64,000 nt of DNA from Bacteroidales bacterium (GCA_049294275.1 JBAQCQ010000050.1:7729-71728); one strand, 5' to 3'; counted from the stretch's first letter, positions 19,551 to 30,122 are shown. A program made the numbers and translations. Notes: a model not told the origin generated them from the sequence alone.

Positions 19551-21467
19551 ATGACGATGTCACCGGACATATACAGGGAAACGCTTGCGCGTTACTGGGG
19601 CTTCACTTCATTCAGGCCACTGCAGGAGGATATCATTGATGCGGTAGTCTCGGGGAATGATGTGATTGGCCTTCTCCCTACCGGTGGCGGGAAATCGGTC
19701 ACATACCAGGTGCCGCCGGTGGCAACCGAAGGCCTTTGCCTTGTCATTACCCCGCTCATAGCCCTCATGAAGGACCAGGTCACACGCCTGAAGTCGATGA
19801 ATATCAAGGCGATGGCCATTCACAGCGGGCTTACCCGCGAGGAGGTTGAGATATCTCTCGACAATTGCCTCTATGGTGAATACCGCCTCCTCTATGTCAG
19901 CCCGGAGCGGTTGCAGACACCCCTCTTCAGGGCACGCCTGCCAAGATTCAACTTCACAATGGTTGCAGTGGATGAGGCCCACTGCATATCACAGTGGGGG
20001 TATGACTTCAGGCCGTCATACCTGCATATTGCAGAGATAAGGGAGATTCTCGGAGACAAGGTGCCCTTCCTCGCACTGACCGCAACGGCCACACCCCGGG
20101 TGATAAAGGACATAGCTTTACGGCTTAAGCTGAAGAACCCCAGAATTCTGCAGACCAGCTTCCGGAGGACCAACATTACATATGTAGTCAGGGAGGTCGA
20201 AGACAAAAGCGCCTACGTCCTTCGCAGCCTGAACAGGGAGCAGGGCAGCGGGATCATCTATGTCAACAGCAGGAAGAGATCTAAGGAGGTGGCTGAAATA
20301 CTCGTAGCAAATGATATACACGCCGATTTCTATCATGCCGGACTGCCCCAGGAGATGCGCGACAGGAAACAGAATGCCTGGAGTTCCGGCGAGGTGCGGG
20401 TCATAGTTGCCACTAATGCCTTCGGTATGGGGATTGACAAGGCAGACGTGAGGTTCGTCATCCACTGGGACTGCCCTGACTCGATCGAGGCCTATTACCA
20501 GGAGTCAGGCAGGGCCGGACGCGACGGCCAGCCGGCATTTGCCGTGCTGCTCTGGTCACAGGATGAGAAGAGGAGGCTGACCGATTCGGTGAGGATCAAG
20601 TTTCCTCCTGTAGAGAAGATAAAGGACGTTTATGAAGCTATCGGGAACTTCTACCAGTTACCGGTCGGATCAGGAAAGAACAGTGTCCACGATTTCGACC
20701 TCTGGAAATTTGTAACGGCGTTCCGGTTCTCGGTTACTGAGACATATAACAGCCTCAACTTCCTGCAGAAAGAGGGTTACCTCGAATTCACAGACGAGAT
20801 CAACAACCCGTCACGGGTCCATTTCGTGGTGAGCCGCGATGACCTTTACAAATTCCAGGTGGCCAATGAGGAGTATGACAGGTTCATCAAGCTGCTGCTC
20901 CGTACCTACAGCGGCATGTTCTCGGAATTTGTTCCCATCAATGAGGAAAACCTCGCAAACAGGTCAGGTATGACCCGCGAAGCAATCTATCAGTACCTCC
21001 TGAGACTGACATCCCAGGGGATCATCCACTTCATCCCCGGGAAAAAGAGCCCCCTGGTCATCTTCACCGAGGAGAGGCTTGACCGCAGCCACCTCGTGAT
21101 ATCCCCGGAGCTCTACCTGAAGGTGAAGGAGAACTATATTGAAAGAGTGGCTAAAATCATTGAGTATGCCGAAAACAAAACCCGTTGCAGGTCAGCTTTC
21201 CTTACAGGCTACTTCGGAGACGAAAACGGCCGCTGCGGACTGTGCGACACATGTCAGGAGAGAAATGAACTGGAACTGAGCAAATATGAATTCGACCTCA
21301 TAATTGATAAAATAAAGGAGCTCCTGGGTGCAAGCCCGATGAGACCGGAGGAGCTTGCCCTCGCAATGGAGATACCGGCGGAAAAAAGTGCCAGGGTGAT
21401 CCGGTGGCTCCTCGACCACGAAAAGCTGCTTTATGACGATGACCACAGGCTTGTGTGGAAAAAGTGA
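19551..21467 (+). CDS. recQ: RecQ-family ATP-dependent DNA helicase
   Basis: 638 aa with motif I PTGGGKS, DEAH box VAVDEAHCISQWGYDFRPSY, the RecQ-Ct region and a Cys cluster CGLCDTC. Confidence 0.9.
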   Translation: MTMSPDIYRETLARYWGFTSFRPLQEDIIDAVVSGNDVIGLLPTGGGKSVTYQVPPVATEGLCLVITPLIALMKDQVTRLKSMNIKAMAIHSGLTREEVEISLDNCLYGEYRLLYVSPERLQTPLFRARLPRFNFTMVAVDEAHCISQWGYDFRPSYLHIAEIREILGDKVPFLALTATATPRVIKDIALRLKLKNPRILQTSFRRTNITYVVREVEDKSAYVLRSLNREQGSGIIYVNSRKRSKEVAEILVANDIHADFYHAGLPQEMRDRKQNAWSSGEVRVIVATNAFGMGIDKADVRFVIHWDCPDSIEAYYQESGRAGRDGQPAFAVLLWSQDEKRRLTDSVRIKFPPVEKIKDVYEAIGNFYQLPVGSGKNSVHDFDLWKFVTAFRFSVTETYNSLNFLQKEGYLEFTDEINNPSRVHFVVSRDDLYKFQVANEEYDRFIKLLLRTYSGMFSEFVPINEENLANRSGMTREAIYQYLLRLTSQGIIHFIPGKKSPLVIFTEERLDRSHLVISPELYLKVKENYIERVAKIIEYAENKTRCRSAFLTGYFGDENGRCGLCDTCQERNELELSKYEFDLIIDKIKELLGASPMRPEELALAMEIPAEKSARVIRWLLDHEKLLYDDDHRLVWKK

Positions 21468-21514
21468 CATCAATCCTTTTATCAACATTGCCCGATTATT
21501 TGCCCCGGAATCAG

Positions 21515-21522
21515 TACTTTTG
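21515..21522 (+). promoter_or_regulatory. Candidate -7 promoter box (TAnnTTTG) for the DUF5063-like gene
   Basis: Exact match tacttttg, 17 nt upstream of ATG 21540. Confidence 0.35.
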
Positions 21523-21539
21523 CCGATGATTTCAGACTG

Positions 21540-22106
21540 ATGGAAAAAGAGGAAAAGAAAATATATTCTCGCCCGGTTATAGAATTTGCTGCTTCAGCAA
21601 ACGAATACTGCAAATACCTTGAGGCGACAGGTGAAATAAATGGTATCGAGGTACTGAAAGTGATGCAGCGACTCCTCCCGTTTATCTATCTAAGGGCATC
21701 GCTGCTCCCTATGCCCGAGCCTCTCCTGGAAGAGGGAATAGAAAAGAATGTGACTGAATTCGACTGGACCAGGATGCATGACAACCTGCTTGCCAAAATG
21801 GGGAACAATGATCCCTATCCGGTCATTGTTTCAGCCGGCGACCCCTCCGACGGGCTTTATACAGGCAGCATTGCTGAGAGCCTTACCGACGTGTACCAGG
21901 ATCTCAAGGATTTCATCGTGAGCTACAAGAGCGGAAATGAGGAGGTCATGAATGACGCCGTCTGGGAAGTGCTTATGAATTTCGAGGAGTTCTGGGGAAA
22001 GAAACTTCTGAATGTCCTCACCGCCATTCATACAGTGCTCTATTCTGAGGCAGACGCTGAGGAGAAAGACCAAAACGGACAACCGGAAGATGACAAAACA
22101 GTATAG
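21540..22106 (+). CDS. Hypothetical acidic protein (DUF5063-like)
   Basis: 188-aa ORF between recQ and the exonuclease gene, a position I recall as typical for DUF5063 in Bacteroidales. I recognise no catalytic motif. Confidence 0.55.
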   Translation: MEKEEKKIYSRPVIEFAASANEYCKYLEATGEINGIEVLKVMQRLLPFIYLRASLLPMPEPLLEEGIEKNVTEFDWTRMHDNLLAKMGNNDPYPVIVSAGDPSDGLYTGSIAESLTDVYQDLKDFIVSYKSGNEEVMNDAVWEVLMNFEEFWGKKLLNVLTAIHTVLYSEADAEEKDQNGQPEDDKTV

Positions 22107-22689
22107 TGAAAGTGTCACTGATGATGATCTTAGAAGCCTGCCACTCATTCAGTTTGAGGGAAAGGTGATCCTTGTTGACAATATGCAGCAGTTCCGCCAG
22201 GTGATCAGCGAGATGGGCCGGCCTGCAATCCTTGGCTTTGATACCGAAACCAAGCCATCATTCAAAAAGGGGCGAAGACATGCAGTCTCCCTGCTGCAGC
22301 TGGCTGATGACCGAAGGGCCTGGCTCTTCAGGCTGAATATGATCGGACTGCCTCCGGAGCTGGTTTCATTACTGGCTGATGAAAGTATAATCAAGGCAGG
22401 AGTGGCCATCCACGATGATATCAAGGCTCTCAGATCACTGGTTGCTTTTGAACCGGGAGGATTCGTTGACCTGCAGACAGTGGTTGCAGCTCACGGGATC
22501 AAGCAGCTGGGACTGAAAAAGCTCTCTGCAATAATTCTCGGGTATTCAATCTCCAAATCGCAGCAGACATCAAATTGGGAGGCGCCCGCCCTGACCGAGC
22601 CCCAGCAACGCTATGCAGCCACCGACGCATGGATCTGCAGGCGGATTTATATTGCACTTAACGGCAAGATCAGCCACCACCAGCCCTAA
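22090..22689 (+). CDS. 3'-5' exonuclease (DEDD/RNase D-like domain)
   Basis: ILGFDTETKPSF (Exo I), AIHDDIKAL and YAATDAW (Exo III) motifs. I place the start at ATG 22090 (MTKQYSE...), not the track start 22012, which lies inside the upstream gene. Confidence 0.85.
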   Translation: MTKQYSESVTDDDLRSLPLIQFEGKVILVDNMQQFRQVISEMGRPAILGFDTETKPSFKKGRRHAVSLLQLADDRRAWLFRLNMIGLPPELVSLLADESIIKAGVAIHDDIKALRSLVAFEPGGFVDLQTVVAAHGIKQLGLKKLSAIILGYSISKSQQTSNWEAPALTEPQQRYAATDAWICRRIYIALNGKISHHQP

Positions 22690-22693
22690 AGAA

Positions 22694-23878
22694 ATGCCAG
22701 CACGGATAATCCTGAAAAAAGGAAAAGACCAGTCGGTGAGACGATACCATCCGTGGATATTCTCCGGCGCAATAGCAACCATTAAGGATTCACCTTCTGA
22801 AGGCGACACTGTGGAGGTATACGCCTCTGATGAGACATACCTGGCAACGGGTCACTGGTCGCCCGGCTCGATAGCTGTGAGGATCTTCTCTTTCACACCC
22901 TGCGAACCTGACCGCGAATTCTTCAGAAAGAGGCTCTCAGACGCAATGCAGTACCGAATTAATACAGGCATCGCCGGAAGCGGGGAAACGGATGTATGGA
23001 GGCTCGTGCACGGTGAGGGAGACGGCCTCCCGGGACTCATCATTGACATCTACGGAAGCGTGGCGGTGATGCAGGCACACACGGCCGGATTCTGGCATAT
23101 CCGTGAAATGATCGCCGGACTCCTTCCTGAGATCACCGGAGGCAGAGTTCAGTCTGTGTATAACAAAAGCGAGGGAACGGTTCCCTTCATGGCTAAACCC
23201 GGGCCTGTCAACGGTTACCTGGCCGGCCCTGACGCTGGAAGCGGCGCCATTGTCAGGGAAAACGGCTTCAAATTCAGGGTTGACTGGGAGAAGGGACAGA
23301 AAACGGGTTTCTTCATCGACCAGCGCGACAGCCGGAGCCTGCTCCGACAGTACAGCAAGGGAAGGAATGTCCTGAATATGTTCGGTTACACAGGGGGCTT
23401 CTCTGTCTATGCGATGAGCAACGCAGCCCTGGTGCATACCGTTGACAGCTCTGCCGCTGCCACAGCCCTGGCGGATGAGAACGTCAGCCTTAACTTCGGG
23501 AAAGACCCGCGGCACACCTCCTTTGCAACGGATGCCTTCAGATTCCTGGCTGAAATGAAGAGTGAATATGACCTGATCGTGCTTGACCCTCCTGCCTTCG
23601 CCAAACACCAGACAGCCCTAGACCAGGCACTGCAGGGCTACAGGAGACTTAACGCCATCGCAATCCAGAAGATTAAGCCGGGAGGAATACTCTTTACATT
23701 CTCCTGTTCACAGGTGGTCAGCCGTGACGACTTCCGACGCTCAGTCTTTGTCGCCGCTGCCAACACCGGACGCAATGTCAGAATCCTGCATCAGACAGGC
23801 CAGCCGCCTGACCACCCGGTGAATATCTATCACCCCGAGAGCGAGTATCTGAAAGGATTTGTTCTTTACGTTGAGTAA
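22694..23878 (+). CDS. rlmI: Class I SAM-dependent rRNA methyltransferase, RlmI-like (PUA + MTase)
   Basis: The N-terminus MPARIILKKGKDQSVRRYHPWIFSGAI is PUA-like. The MTase core includes VLNMFGYTGGFSV and DPPAFAK. I place the start at ATG 22694. The track start 22613 overlaps the exonuclease gene. Confidence 0.85.
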   Translation: MPARIILKKGKDQSVRRYHPWIFSGAIATIKDSPSEGDTVEVYASDETYLATGHWSPGSIAVRIFSFTPCEPDREFFRKRLSDAMQYRINTGIAGSGETDVWRLVHGEGDGLPGLIIDIYGSVAVMQAHTAGFWHIREMIAGLLPEITGGRVQSVYNKSEGTVPFMAKPGPVNGYLAGPDAGSGAIVRENGFKFRVDWEKGQKTGFFIDQRDSRSLLRQYSKGRNVLNMFGYTGGFSVYAMSNAALVHTVDSSAAATALADENVSLNFGKDPRHTSFATDAFRFLAEMKSEYDLIVLDPPAFAKHQTALDQALQGYRRLNAIAIQKIKPGGILFTFSCSQVVSRDDFRRSVFVAAANTGRNVRILHQTGQPPDHPVNIYHPESEYLKGFVLYVE

Positions 23879-23883
23879 CCGTT

Positions 23884-26025
23884 ATGGATCCTTCAGCACA
23901 TATTAAGACCATAGCACAGAAGCTTCACCTGCACGACTGGCAGGTTGAGAACACGCTGCGTCTTCTTGACGACGGAGCTACCATACCGTTTATAAGCCGC
24001 TACCGCAAGGAGGTGACAGGCAGTCTGGATGAGGTTCAGCTCGCCGGTATACGTGACGAATACGAGAGGCTCCGGGAGCTGGAAAAACGGAGGGAGGCCA
24101 TAATCAAATCTATAGAGGAACAGGAGAAAATGACCACTGAGTTGCTGGCGAAAATCAATGCTGCCATGACGCTGTCGCAACTCGAGGATCTCTATCTTCC
24201 CTTCAGGCCGAAACGCAAGACACGTGCATCGGTGGCGCGGTCAAAAGGGCTTGAGCCATTAGCTTTGTGGCTGCTTGAGCAGAGGCCGGGTGACCCTGAG
24301 AGCGAAGCCGCGAAATACACAGGTGATGAGGTTGAAACCGCTGATGAAGCCCTGGCCGGGGCACGCGATATCATAGCGGAGATTGTAAGCGAGAACGAAC
24401 AGGTGCGTGGCTCGCTTCGGAAGCTCTATGAACGCGATGCCGTCATCACATCCAGAGGTGTGAAGGGTAAGGAGGAGGAGGGAAACAAGTTCAGCGACTA
24501 TTTTGAATGGTCCGAACCGCTGCGCCGCTGCCCGTCACACAGGTTCCTGGCTATGCTCCGCGGCGAGGAGGAGGAATTCCTGAGAATCACGATCATGCCG
24601 GCAGAGGATATGGCTGTGGAAACGGTGGAGAAGCTGTTTGTCAAATCAAACAACAACGCTTCACGCCAGGTGAAGGAGGCTGTCTCCGACAGCTGGAGCC
24701 GCCTGCTGGCGCCCTCCATGGAGACTGAGTTCAGGAAAACGGCCAAGGAAAAGGCTGACGAGGAGGCTATCCGCGTTTTTGCCGATAACCTGCGCCAGCT
24801 GCTGCTGGCACCGCCACTGGGCGAGAAGAGCGTCCTGGCCCTCGATCCGGGCTTCCGGACGGGATGCAAGGTAGTCTGCCTCAACAGGCAGGGGGCCCTG
24901 CTCCATCATGACGTGATCTACCCGCACCCCCCGCAGAACGAGACCGCCCGGAGTGTCAGCAAACTCCTCTCGCTGGTCGACAGCTATGGCATTGAGGCAA
25001 TAGCGATTGGAAACGGAACGGCAAGCAGGGAGACGGAGGAGTTTATAAAGCAGTACCTACCGTCGGAGTCGGGAATAAAGATATTTGTGGTGAACGAAGC
25101 GGGCGCATCAATATACTCGGCTTCAAAGATTGCCCGCGATGAGTTCCCGGAACAGGACGTCACAGTGCGCGGCGCGGTCTCAATCGGCCGCCGCCTGATG
25201 GACCCGCTGGCGGAGCTGGTGAAGATTGACCCCAAATCGATCGGTGTCGGTCAGTACCAGCATGACGTGGATCAGGTACGACTGCAGACCGGTCTCGATG
25301 AGGTTGTAATGTCATGCGTCAATGCGGTGGGAGTGGAGGTGAACACCGCCAGCCCGCACCTGCTTACTTACGTCTCTGGCCTTGGCCCTAAGCTGGCACA
25401 GAATATTGTCGATTACCGGACTGAAAAGGGACCCTTCCGTTCGCGTGCCGAACTGATGAACGTTAAAAGGATGGGCGACAAGGCCTACGAACAGGCCGCC
25501 GGGTTCCTCAGGATAAGAAACGCCGCCAACCCGCTCGACGCTTCTGCCGTGCACCCCGAGAGCTATCATATAGTGGAGAGGATGGCAAAGGATGCAGGAT
25601 GCACCGTGGCTGACCTGATCCGTGATGAGGCCAGGAGAAAGTCAATAAATATTGAAAGATATATCACACCTGAGGCCGGACTGCCTACACTCAAGGATAT
25701 AATGGCCGAGCTGGCGAAGCCGGGGCGCGACCCGAGGTCATCAATACAGGAGTTCAGCTTCGCGGATATTCACACCCTGGAGGATGTGAAGGAGGGGATG
25801 GTGGTGCCCGGAATCGTAACAAACATCACGAAGTTCGGAGCCTTCGTTGATATCGGGGTCAAGCAGGACGGGCTTGTGCATGTCTCCCAGATGGCAGACC
25901 GCTACGTCAACGACCCGTCAAAGGTGGTCAAACTCCACCAGCACCTGATGGTACGCGTTGTCAGCGTAGATCTTGCCCGAAAGCGGATTCAGCTTTCGCT
26001 GAAGGGATTAGGCAGTAGGCAGTAG
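23884..26025 (+). CDS. tex: Tex-like transcription accessory protein (S1 RNA-binding)
   Basis: 713 aa with the N-terminal Tex helix-turn-helix region (IPFISRYRKE), a YqgF-like domain, HhH, and a C-terminal S1 domain (GIVTNITKFGAFVDIG). Confidence 0.93.
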   Translation: MDPSAHIKTIAQKLHLHDWQVENTLRLLDDGATIPFISRYRKEVTGSLDEVQLAGIRDEYERLRELEKRREAIIKSIEEQEKMTTELLAKINAAMTLSQLEDLYLPFRPKRKTRASVARSKGLEPLALWLLEQRPGDPESEAAKYTGDEVETADEALAGARDIIAEIVSENEQVRGSLRKLYERDAVITSRGVKGKEEEGNKFSDYFEWSEPLRRCPSHRFLAMLRGEEEEFLRITIMPAEDMAVETVEKLFVKSNNNASRQVKEAVSDSWSRLLAPSMETEFRKTAKEKADEEAIRVFADNLRQLLLAPPLGEKSVLALDPGFRTGCKVVCLNRQGALLHHDVIYPHPPQNETARSVSKLLSLVDSYGIEAIAIGNGTASRETEEFIKQYLPSESGIKIFVVNEAGASIYSASKIARDEFPEQDVTVRGAVSIGRRLMDPLAELVKIDPKSIGVGQYQHDVDQVRLQTGLDEVVMSCVNAVGVEVNTASPHLLTYVSGLGPKLAQNIVDYRTEKGPFRSRAELMNVKRMGDKAYEQAAGFLRIRNAANPLDASAVHPESYHIVERMAKDAGCTVADLIRDEARRKSINIERYITPEAGLPTLKDIMAELAKPGRDPRSSIQEFSFADIHTLEDVKEGMVVPGIVTNITKFGAFVDIGVKQDGLVHVSQMADRYVNDPSKVVKLHQHLMVRVVSVDLARKRIQLSLKGLGSRQ
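26009..26025. repeat. Short heptad repeat TAGGCAG x2.4 forming the last codons and stop codon of tex
   Basis: taggcag taggcag tag at 26009-26025. The final TAG is the tex stop codon. Confidence 0.6.
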
Positions 26026-26174
26026 TGTCAATTATTGCCCGTAGGGCATATAGTATTGTAGTTAAATGACATATATTATTAGATACATTCCCCGTAGAGC
26101 CTGCCCCGATAGCCGTCTGACGTATCTGGGGGGTAAAGTATTGTAGGACAACGTATTAACTATAAATATTTTCT

Positions 26175-28319
26175 ATGAAAAAGACCATTCTATTCCTCTC
26201 CGCCGCCACCATGCTGCTCGTAATAGCTTCCTGCGGCACAAAACCCCAGCCCCCCGTGGCTGAAAAAATCCCCTTCGTGGTTGCCAGCAACGGCAACGAA
26301 CGCATTGACAACTACTTCTGGATGCGCCTCAGCGATGAACAAAAGAATGCTGAGACGCCAGACTCACAGACAGTAAAGGTGCTGGCTTACCTCAATGCCG
26401 AGAATGACTACGCCGACGCTGTGATGAAGCATACCGAAGCTTTTCAGCAGAAGCTCTTTGAAGAGATAAAGGGACGCATCAAGGAAGACGATGAGACCGT
26501 CCCTTACCTTGACAACGGCTACTGGTATCATTCCAAATACTTCGAGGGCAAGGAGTACCCTGTCATGTACAGGAGAAAAGACGGCGTCGAAACACCCGAG
26601 GTTATGCTCGATGTAAACCTGCTTGCTGAAGGCCATGAATTCACAAGTGTTGGCGGCGGGTCCGTCTCACCTGATAACAACCTCATGGCATACGGCGTTG
26701 ACCATGTCAGCCGCAGGCAGTACACGATTTTTGTGAAGGATCTCAAAACAGGCCAGCTGCTTCCTGATGAGATAGTCAACACCACAAGCCAGAGCGTCTG
26801 GGCCGCCGACAACAAAACCCTCTTCTACGTGAAAAAAGATCCGGAAACTCTCAGGGCAGCCTCAATAATGAAGCATGTGCTGGGTACCCCGGTATCTGAG
26901 GACAAGGCAGTGTTCGATGAAACCGATGAGACATTCTCGGTCTATCTTGGCAAGACAAAAAGCAAGAAATACATTACTATCACCTCAAGCCAGACACTGA
27001 CGACGGAGGTTCGCCTCATTGAAGCCGACAAGCCCAATGGCGAGGTTACTCTCTTTGAGCCCCGGGCAACTGACCGTCTTTACTCGGTTGAACATCTGAA
27101 CGGACAGTTTTACATTCTGACCAATGCAGACGGTGCAAAGAACTTCAAGCTTATGAAATGTGCTGAAAACAAGCCTGGTAAGCACAACTGGACAGAGGTC
27201 ATTCCTCACAGGGCTGACGTCCTTCTTGAAAACTTCGAGATTTTTGATAATTACCTCGTTGCAGATGAGAGAATAAAAGGGCTCACCAACCTCCGCATCA
27301 TTGGGCTCGCTGATGGTTCTGAGCATTTTCTTGATTTCGGAGAGGAGACATATACCGCCGGCATAAGTGTCAATCCAAATGCTTCCACAACCCTGCTCAG
27401 ATACAGTTACTCCTCACTGACAACCCCGAACTCCGTCTACGACTATGACATGGCAGCCAGGTTGAAGACACTGCTGAAACAGGACAGCGTCCTCGGAGGA
27501 TTCGATAAAAACAATTATGAGTCGCAACGCCTCTGGGCCACCGCCGGCGATGGCACCCGGGTGCCTGTCTCTCTGGTTTACCGCAAGGGATTCGTCAAGG
27601 TTGGCACCGCACCGATGCTGCTCTATTCCTACGGTTCTTACGGCAGCTCGACAGATCCCTCATTCCGCTCATCAGTAATCAGCCTTCTCGACAGGGGATT
27701 CGTCTACGCTCTTGCCCATATCAGGGGTGGCAGTGAAATGGGACGCCAGTGGTATGAAGACGGCAAGCTGCTAAAAAAGATAAACACATTCACCGACTTC
27801 AATGACTGTGCACGCTTTTTGATAAATGAGAAATACACTTCGCCGGAGCATCTCTATGCAATGGGCGGCAGCGCCGGCGGCCTCCTGATGGGCGCCATCG
27901 TGAACATGGAGCCGCAGCTCTATAACGGAGTCATCGCCGCTGTACCATTCGTTGACGTAGTGAGCACCATGCTTGACGCCACCATCCCCCTGACGACCTT
28001 CGAATGGGATGAGTGGGGTGATCCGCGCAAGCAGGAGTACTATGACTATATGCTTTCCTACTCGCCCTATGACCAGGTTAAAGCCCGGGCCTATCCCAAC
28101 CTGCTTGTGACAACCGGTTACTGGGATTCACAGGTACAGTACTGGGAACCGGCAAAATGGGTGGCAAAACTGCGTGACATGAAGACCGATGACAACATTC
28201 TCATCATGGATGTCAACATGACTGCCGGCCACGGAGGCGCCTCCGGCCGTTTTGAGCGCCTGAAGACCACCGCTCTTGAGTATGCTTTCATTCTTGATCT
28301 GGAGGGGATTAAAGAATAA
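26175..28319 (+). CDS. ptrB: S9A serine peptidase, oligopeptidase B (protease II)-like
   Basis: 714 aa with a lipoprotein-like signal (VIASC), a beta-propeller N-domain, the nucleophile elbow GGSAGGLLMG and C-terminal AGHGG. Confidence 0.88.
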   Translation: MKKTILFLSAATMLLVIASCGTKPQPPVAEKIPFVVASNGNERIDNYFWMRLSDEQKNAETPDSQTVKVLAYLNAENDYADAVMKHTEAFQQKLFEEIKGRIKEDDETVPYLDNGYWYHSKYFEGKEYPVMYRRKDGVETPEVMLDVNLLAEGHEFTSVGGGSVSPDNNLMAYGVDHVSRRQYTIFVKDLKTGQLLPDEIVNTTSQSVWAADNKTLFYVKKDPETLRAASIMKHVLGTPVSEDKAVFDETDETFSVYLGKTKSKKYITITSSQTLTTEVRLIEADKPNGEVTLFEPRATDRLYSVEHLNGQFYILTNADGAKNFKLMKCAENKPGKHNWTEVIPHRADVLLENFEIFDNYLVADERIKGLTNLRIIGLADGSEHFLDFGEETYTAGISVNPNASTTLLRYSYSSLTTPNSVYDYDMAARLKTLLKQDSVLGGFDKNNYESQRLWATAGDGTRVPVSLVYRKGFVKVGTAPMLLYSYGSYGSSTDPSFRSSVISLLDRGFVYALAHIRGGSEMGRQWYEDGKLLKKINTFTDFNDCARFLINEKYTSPEHLYAMGGSAGGLLMGAIVNMEPQLYNGVIAAVPFVDVVSTMLDATIPLTTFEWDEWGDPRKQEYYDYMLSYSPYDQVKARAYPNLLVTTGYWDSQVQYWEPAKWVAKLRDMKTDDNILIMDVNMTAGHGGASGRFERLKTTALEYAFILDLEGIKE

Positions 28320-28373
28320 GATGCCGGTGCATAATACGCCACGGAGCCCGTCCATCAGCATAATTGAAATGAA

Positions 28374-28403
28374 AGAGGCTGACCTGATTACCGGTCAGCC
28401 TCT
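28374..28403. terminator. Strong hairpin between convergent ptrB and M28 peptidase genes (putative bidirectional terminator)
   Basis: An 11-bp perfect stem agaggctgacc/ggtcagcctct with an 8-nt loop. The U-tracts are weak on both strands. Confidence 0.55.
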
Positions 28404-28456
28404 GCTGTAATAAACAGAACTGAAAAACTTATACTCTTTCCAAGGTCGCAGCAGGA

Positions 28457-30022
28457 CTAAAAACCGTAAGGCGGCCTCTGCTGCGTTGACTGCATCTGTG
28501 GTTTGCGGGGTATTAGATTATCTTCCATTGCCGCATTCCATGCCATCCATGCGGTAATAATCGCATTATGCCTCAGGTCGGGAAGGAGAAGACGCTCCCA
28601 TGTGTCTGCCAGAGTGTGGTAGCCGCGGCCGTATTCGATCTCATCCTGGATGAACTGGAAGCCCGGGAGGCCGACGCCGTCAAAGCTCTGATGATCAGTC
28701 CCGCCGGTATTGCGCACCGCAATGGTGGTGAAGCCCATATCCCTCATCGGTTCCATCCACTCTTCGAAAAGGGGACGCACCAGGTTGTTCTCCTGCAGGT
28801 ATATCCCCCGGTACCGACCCGTGCCGTTGTCCATATTGAAATAAACCGAGAATTTTTCGAACCCCGGTTTCTTCTCGTTCTTCTCCCTGTCAAAAAGGTA
28901 GGCCGAGACGTAACCCCGCGATCCGAGTAACCCCTGCTCTTCACCTCCCCAGAGTGCTATTCGAATCGTCCGCCTGGGTTTTGCATCGAGAGCCTTCAGT
29001 ATCCTGATAGTCTCCATCATCACTATGCAACCCGAAGCATCGTCTGCTGCGCCTGTACCCCCGTGCCATGAGTCGATATGACCTCCCAGCAGCACCACCT
29101 GGTCCTTCAGTTTCGGATCAGTGCCGGGAATCTCTGCAATTACATTGTAAACACTTTTGCCAGGAATGAATTCTGCCTTTACCTCAGCTTCAATCTCAAC
29201 CTTTTCTCCTTTTTTAAGCATACGCTCCATACGGCCGTAGGGCTCCATGGGTATGCTTATCTCCGTAACCTGGGGCTGCCCCTTGCCGTCAAACGATGCG
29301 CCTGACGAACGCGGAACATTGAAGGCATTGCCCTGGCTGATTATCATCGCCACATCCTCGCTGCGCAAAAACTCAGTGATTTTGTTGCGCAGTTCACGCA
29401 TGGCCATCCAGTCTCCCGCTATTCTGCGCGACGGCGCACCGCCGGCAGGAACCAATGAAAGATTTTTAAGATCCTCTTCCGTGAGCCTGCTGGCAAGCGG
29501 CTCCCAGTTAACCTCATACTGTGAGGTGGCAGGTGACATAATAATCTTTCCCTTCAGTTTCCCGCGGTATTTTTCAATATCGTTTAAAGTCTTAATGTCT
29601 ACGAGGATCACTTCTCCCTTAATCAGCCCGTTGGTGCCTGATGTCCAGGCTACAGGGGTGACCGAAAAATTGCTGTAATAGGGAGAGGTCATCGCAGCAT
29701 AGGCCTTTGAATAGTCCCATCCGCCGCGGGAAAAATCACCGGCCACCTCAATGCGGACATTCGACAGGCCATATTCCGCCAGTTTGGCCCTGGCGATCTC
29801 GTTGGCGCGGTCAATCCCCGGTGACCCTGTCAGACGTGGACCCGCCAGATCTGTCATGATGTATGCAAGTGTCTCAATGTCAGAATTTCTCAGACCCTCC
29901 TGCCTTATCTTGTAAACCATCGAAAGGTCGACTGCCACCTCCTGCGATGAGACTGGCATGACCGTAACAAACAGGATAGCCGTGATTATCGCAATCCTTG
30001 CGTAATTGAAAAGGTTTTTCAT
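28457..30022 (-). CDS. M28-family metallo-aminopeptidase with PA domain
   Basis: 521 aa with a signal peptide and zinc-ligand motifs GGHIDSWHGGTGAADDASG and WGGEEQGLLGS. Confidence 0.85.
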   Translation of the reverse strand: MKNLFNYARIAIITAILFVTVMPVSSQEVAVDLSMVYKIRQEGLRNSDIETLAYIMTDLAGPRLTGSPGIDRANEIARAKLAEYGLSNVRIEVAGDFSRGGWDYSKAYAAMTSPYYSNFSVTPVAWTSGTNGLIKGEVILVDIKTLNDIEKYRGKLKGKIIMSPATSQYEVNWEPLASRLTEEDLKNLSLVPAGGAPSRRIAGDWMAMRELRNKITEFLRSEDVAMIISQGNAFNVPRSSGASFDGKGQPQVTEISIPMEPYGRMERMLKKGEKVEIEAEVKAEFIPGKSVYNVIAEIPGTDPKLKDQVVLLGGHIDSWHGGTGAADDASGCIVMMETIRILKALDAKPRRTIRIALWGGEEQGLLGSRGYVSAYLFDREKNEKKPGFEKFSVYFNMDNGTGRYRGIYLQENNLVRPLFEEWMEPMRDMGFTTIAVRNTGGTDHQSFDGVGLPGFQFIQDEIEYGRGYHTLADTWERLLLPDLRHNAIITAWMAWNAAMEDNLIPRKPQMQSTQQRPPYGF

Positions 30023-30096
30023 TTTTTTTGTGGATTAAGCGGAATAAATATACTTTCATAAATTTTACGCGCTGAAGCATTAACATTAATTAACTT

Positions 30097-30104
30097 TACT
30101 TTTG
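30097..30104 (+). promoter_or_regulatory. Candidate -7 promoter box (TAnnTTTG) for mutS2
   Basis: Exact match tacttttg, 18 nt upstream of ATG 30123. Confidence 0.4.
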
Positions 30105-30122
30105 CGCTGAGAGGAGCATTAA

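Noticed and set aside
19551-23878. recQ, the DUF5063-like gene and the 3'-5' exonuclease as a candidate helicase-nuclease defence system
   Set aside because: As I recall, this gene order is a conserved housekeeping neighbourhood in Bacteroidales. The helicase has a complete RecQ core and the exonuclease is an RNase D-type DEDD domain. There are no hallmarks of defence islands such as mobile genes, methyltransferase/restriction partners or toxin-like domains.
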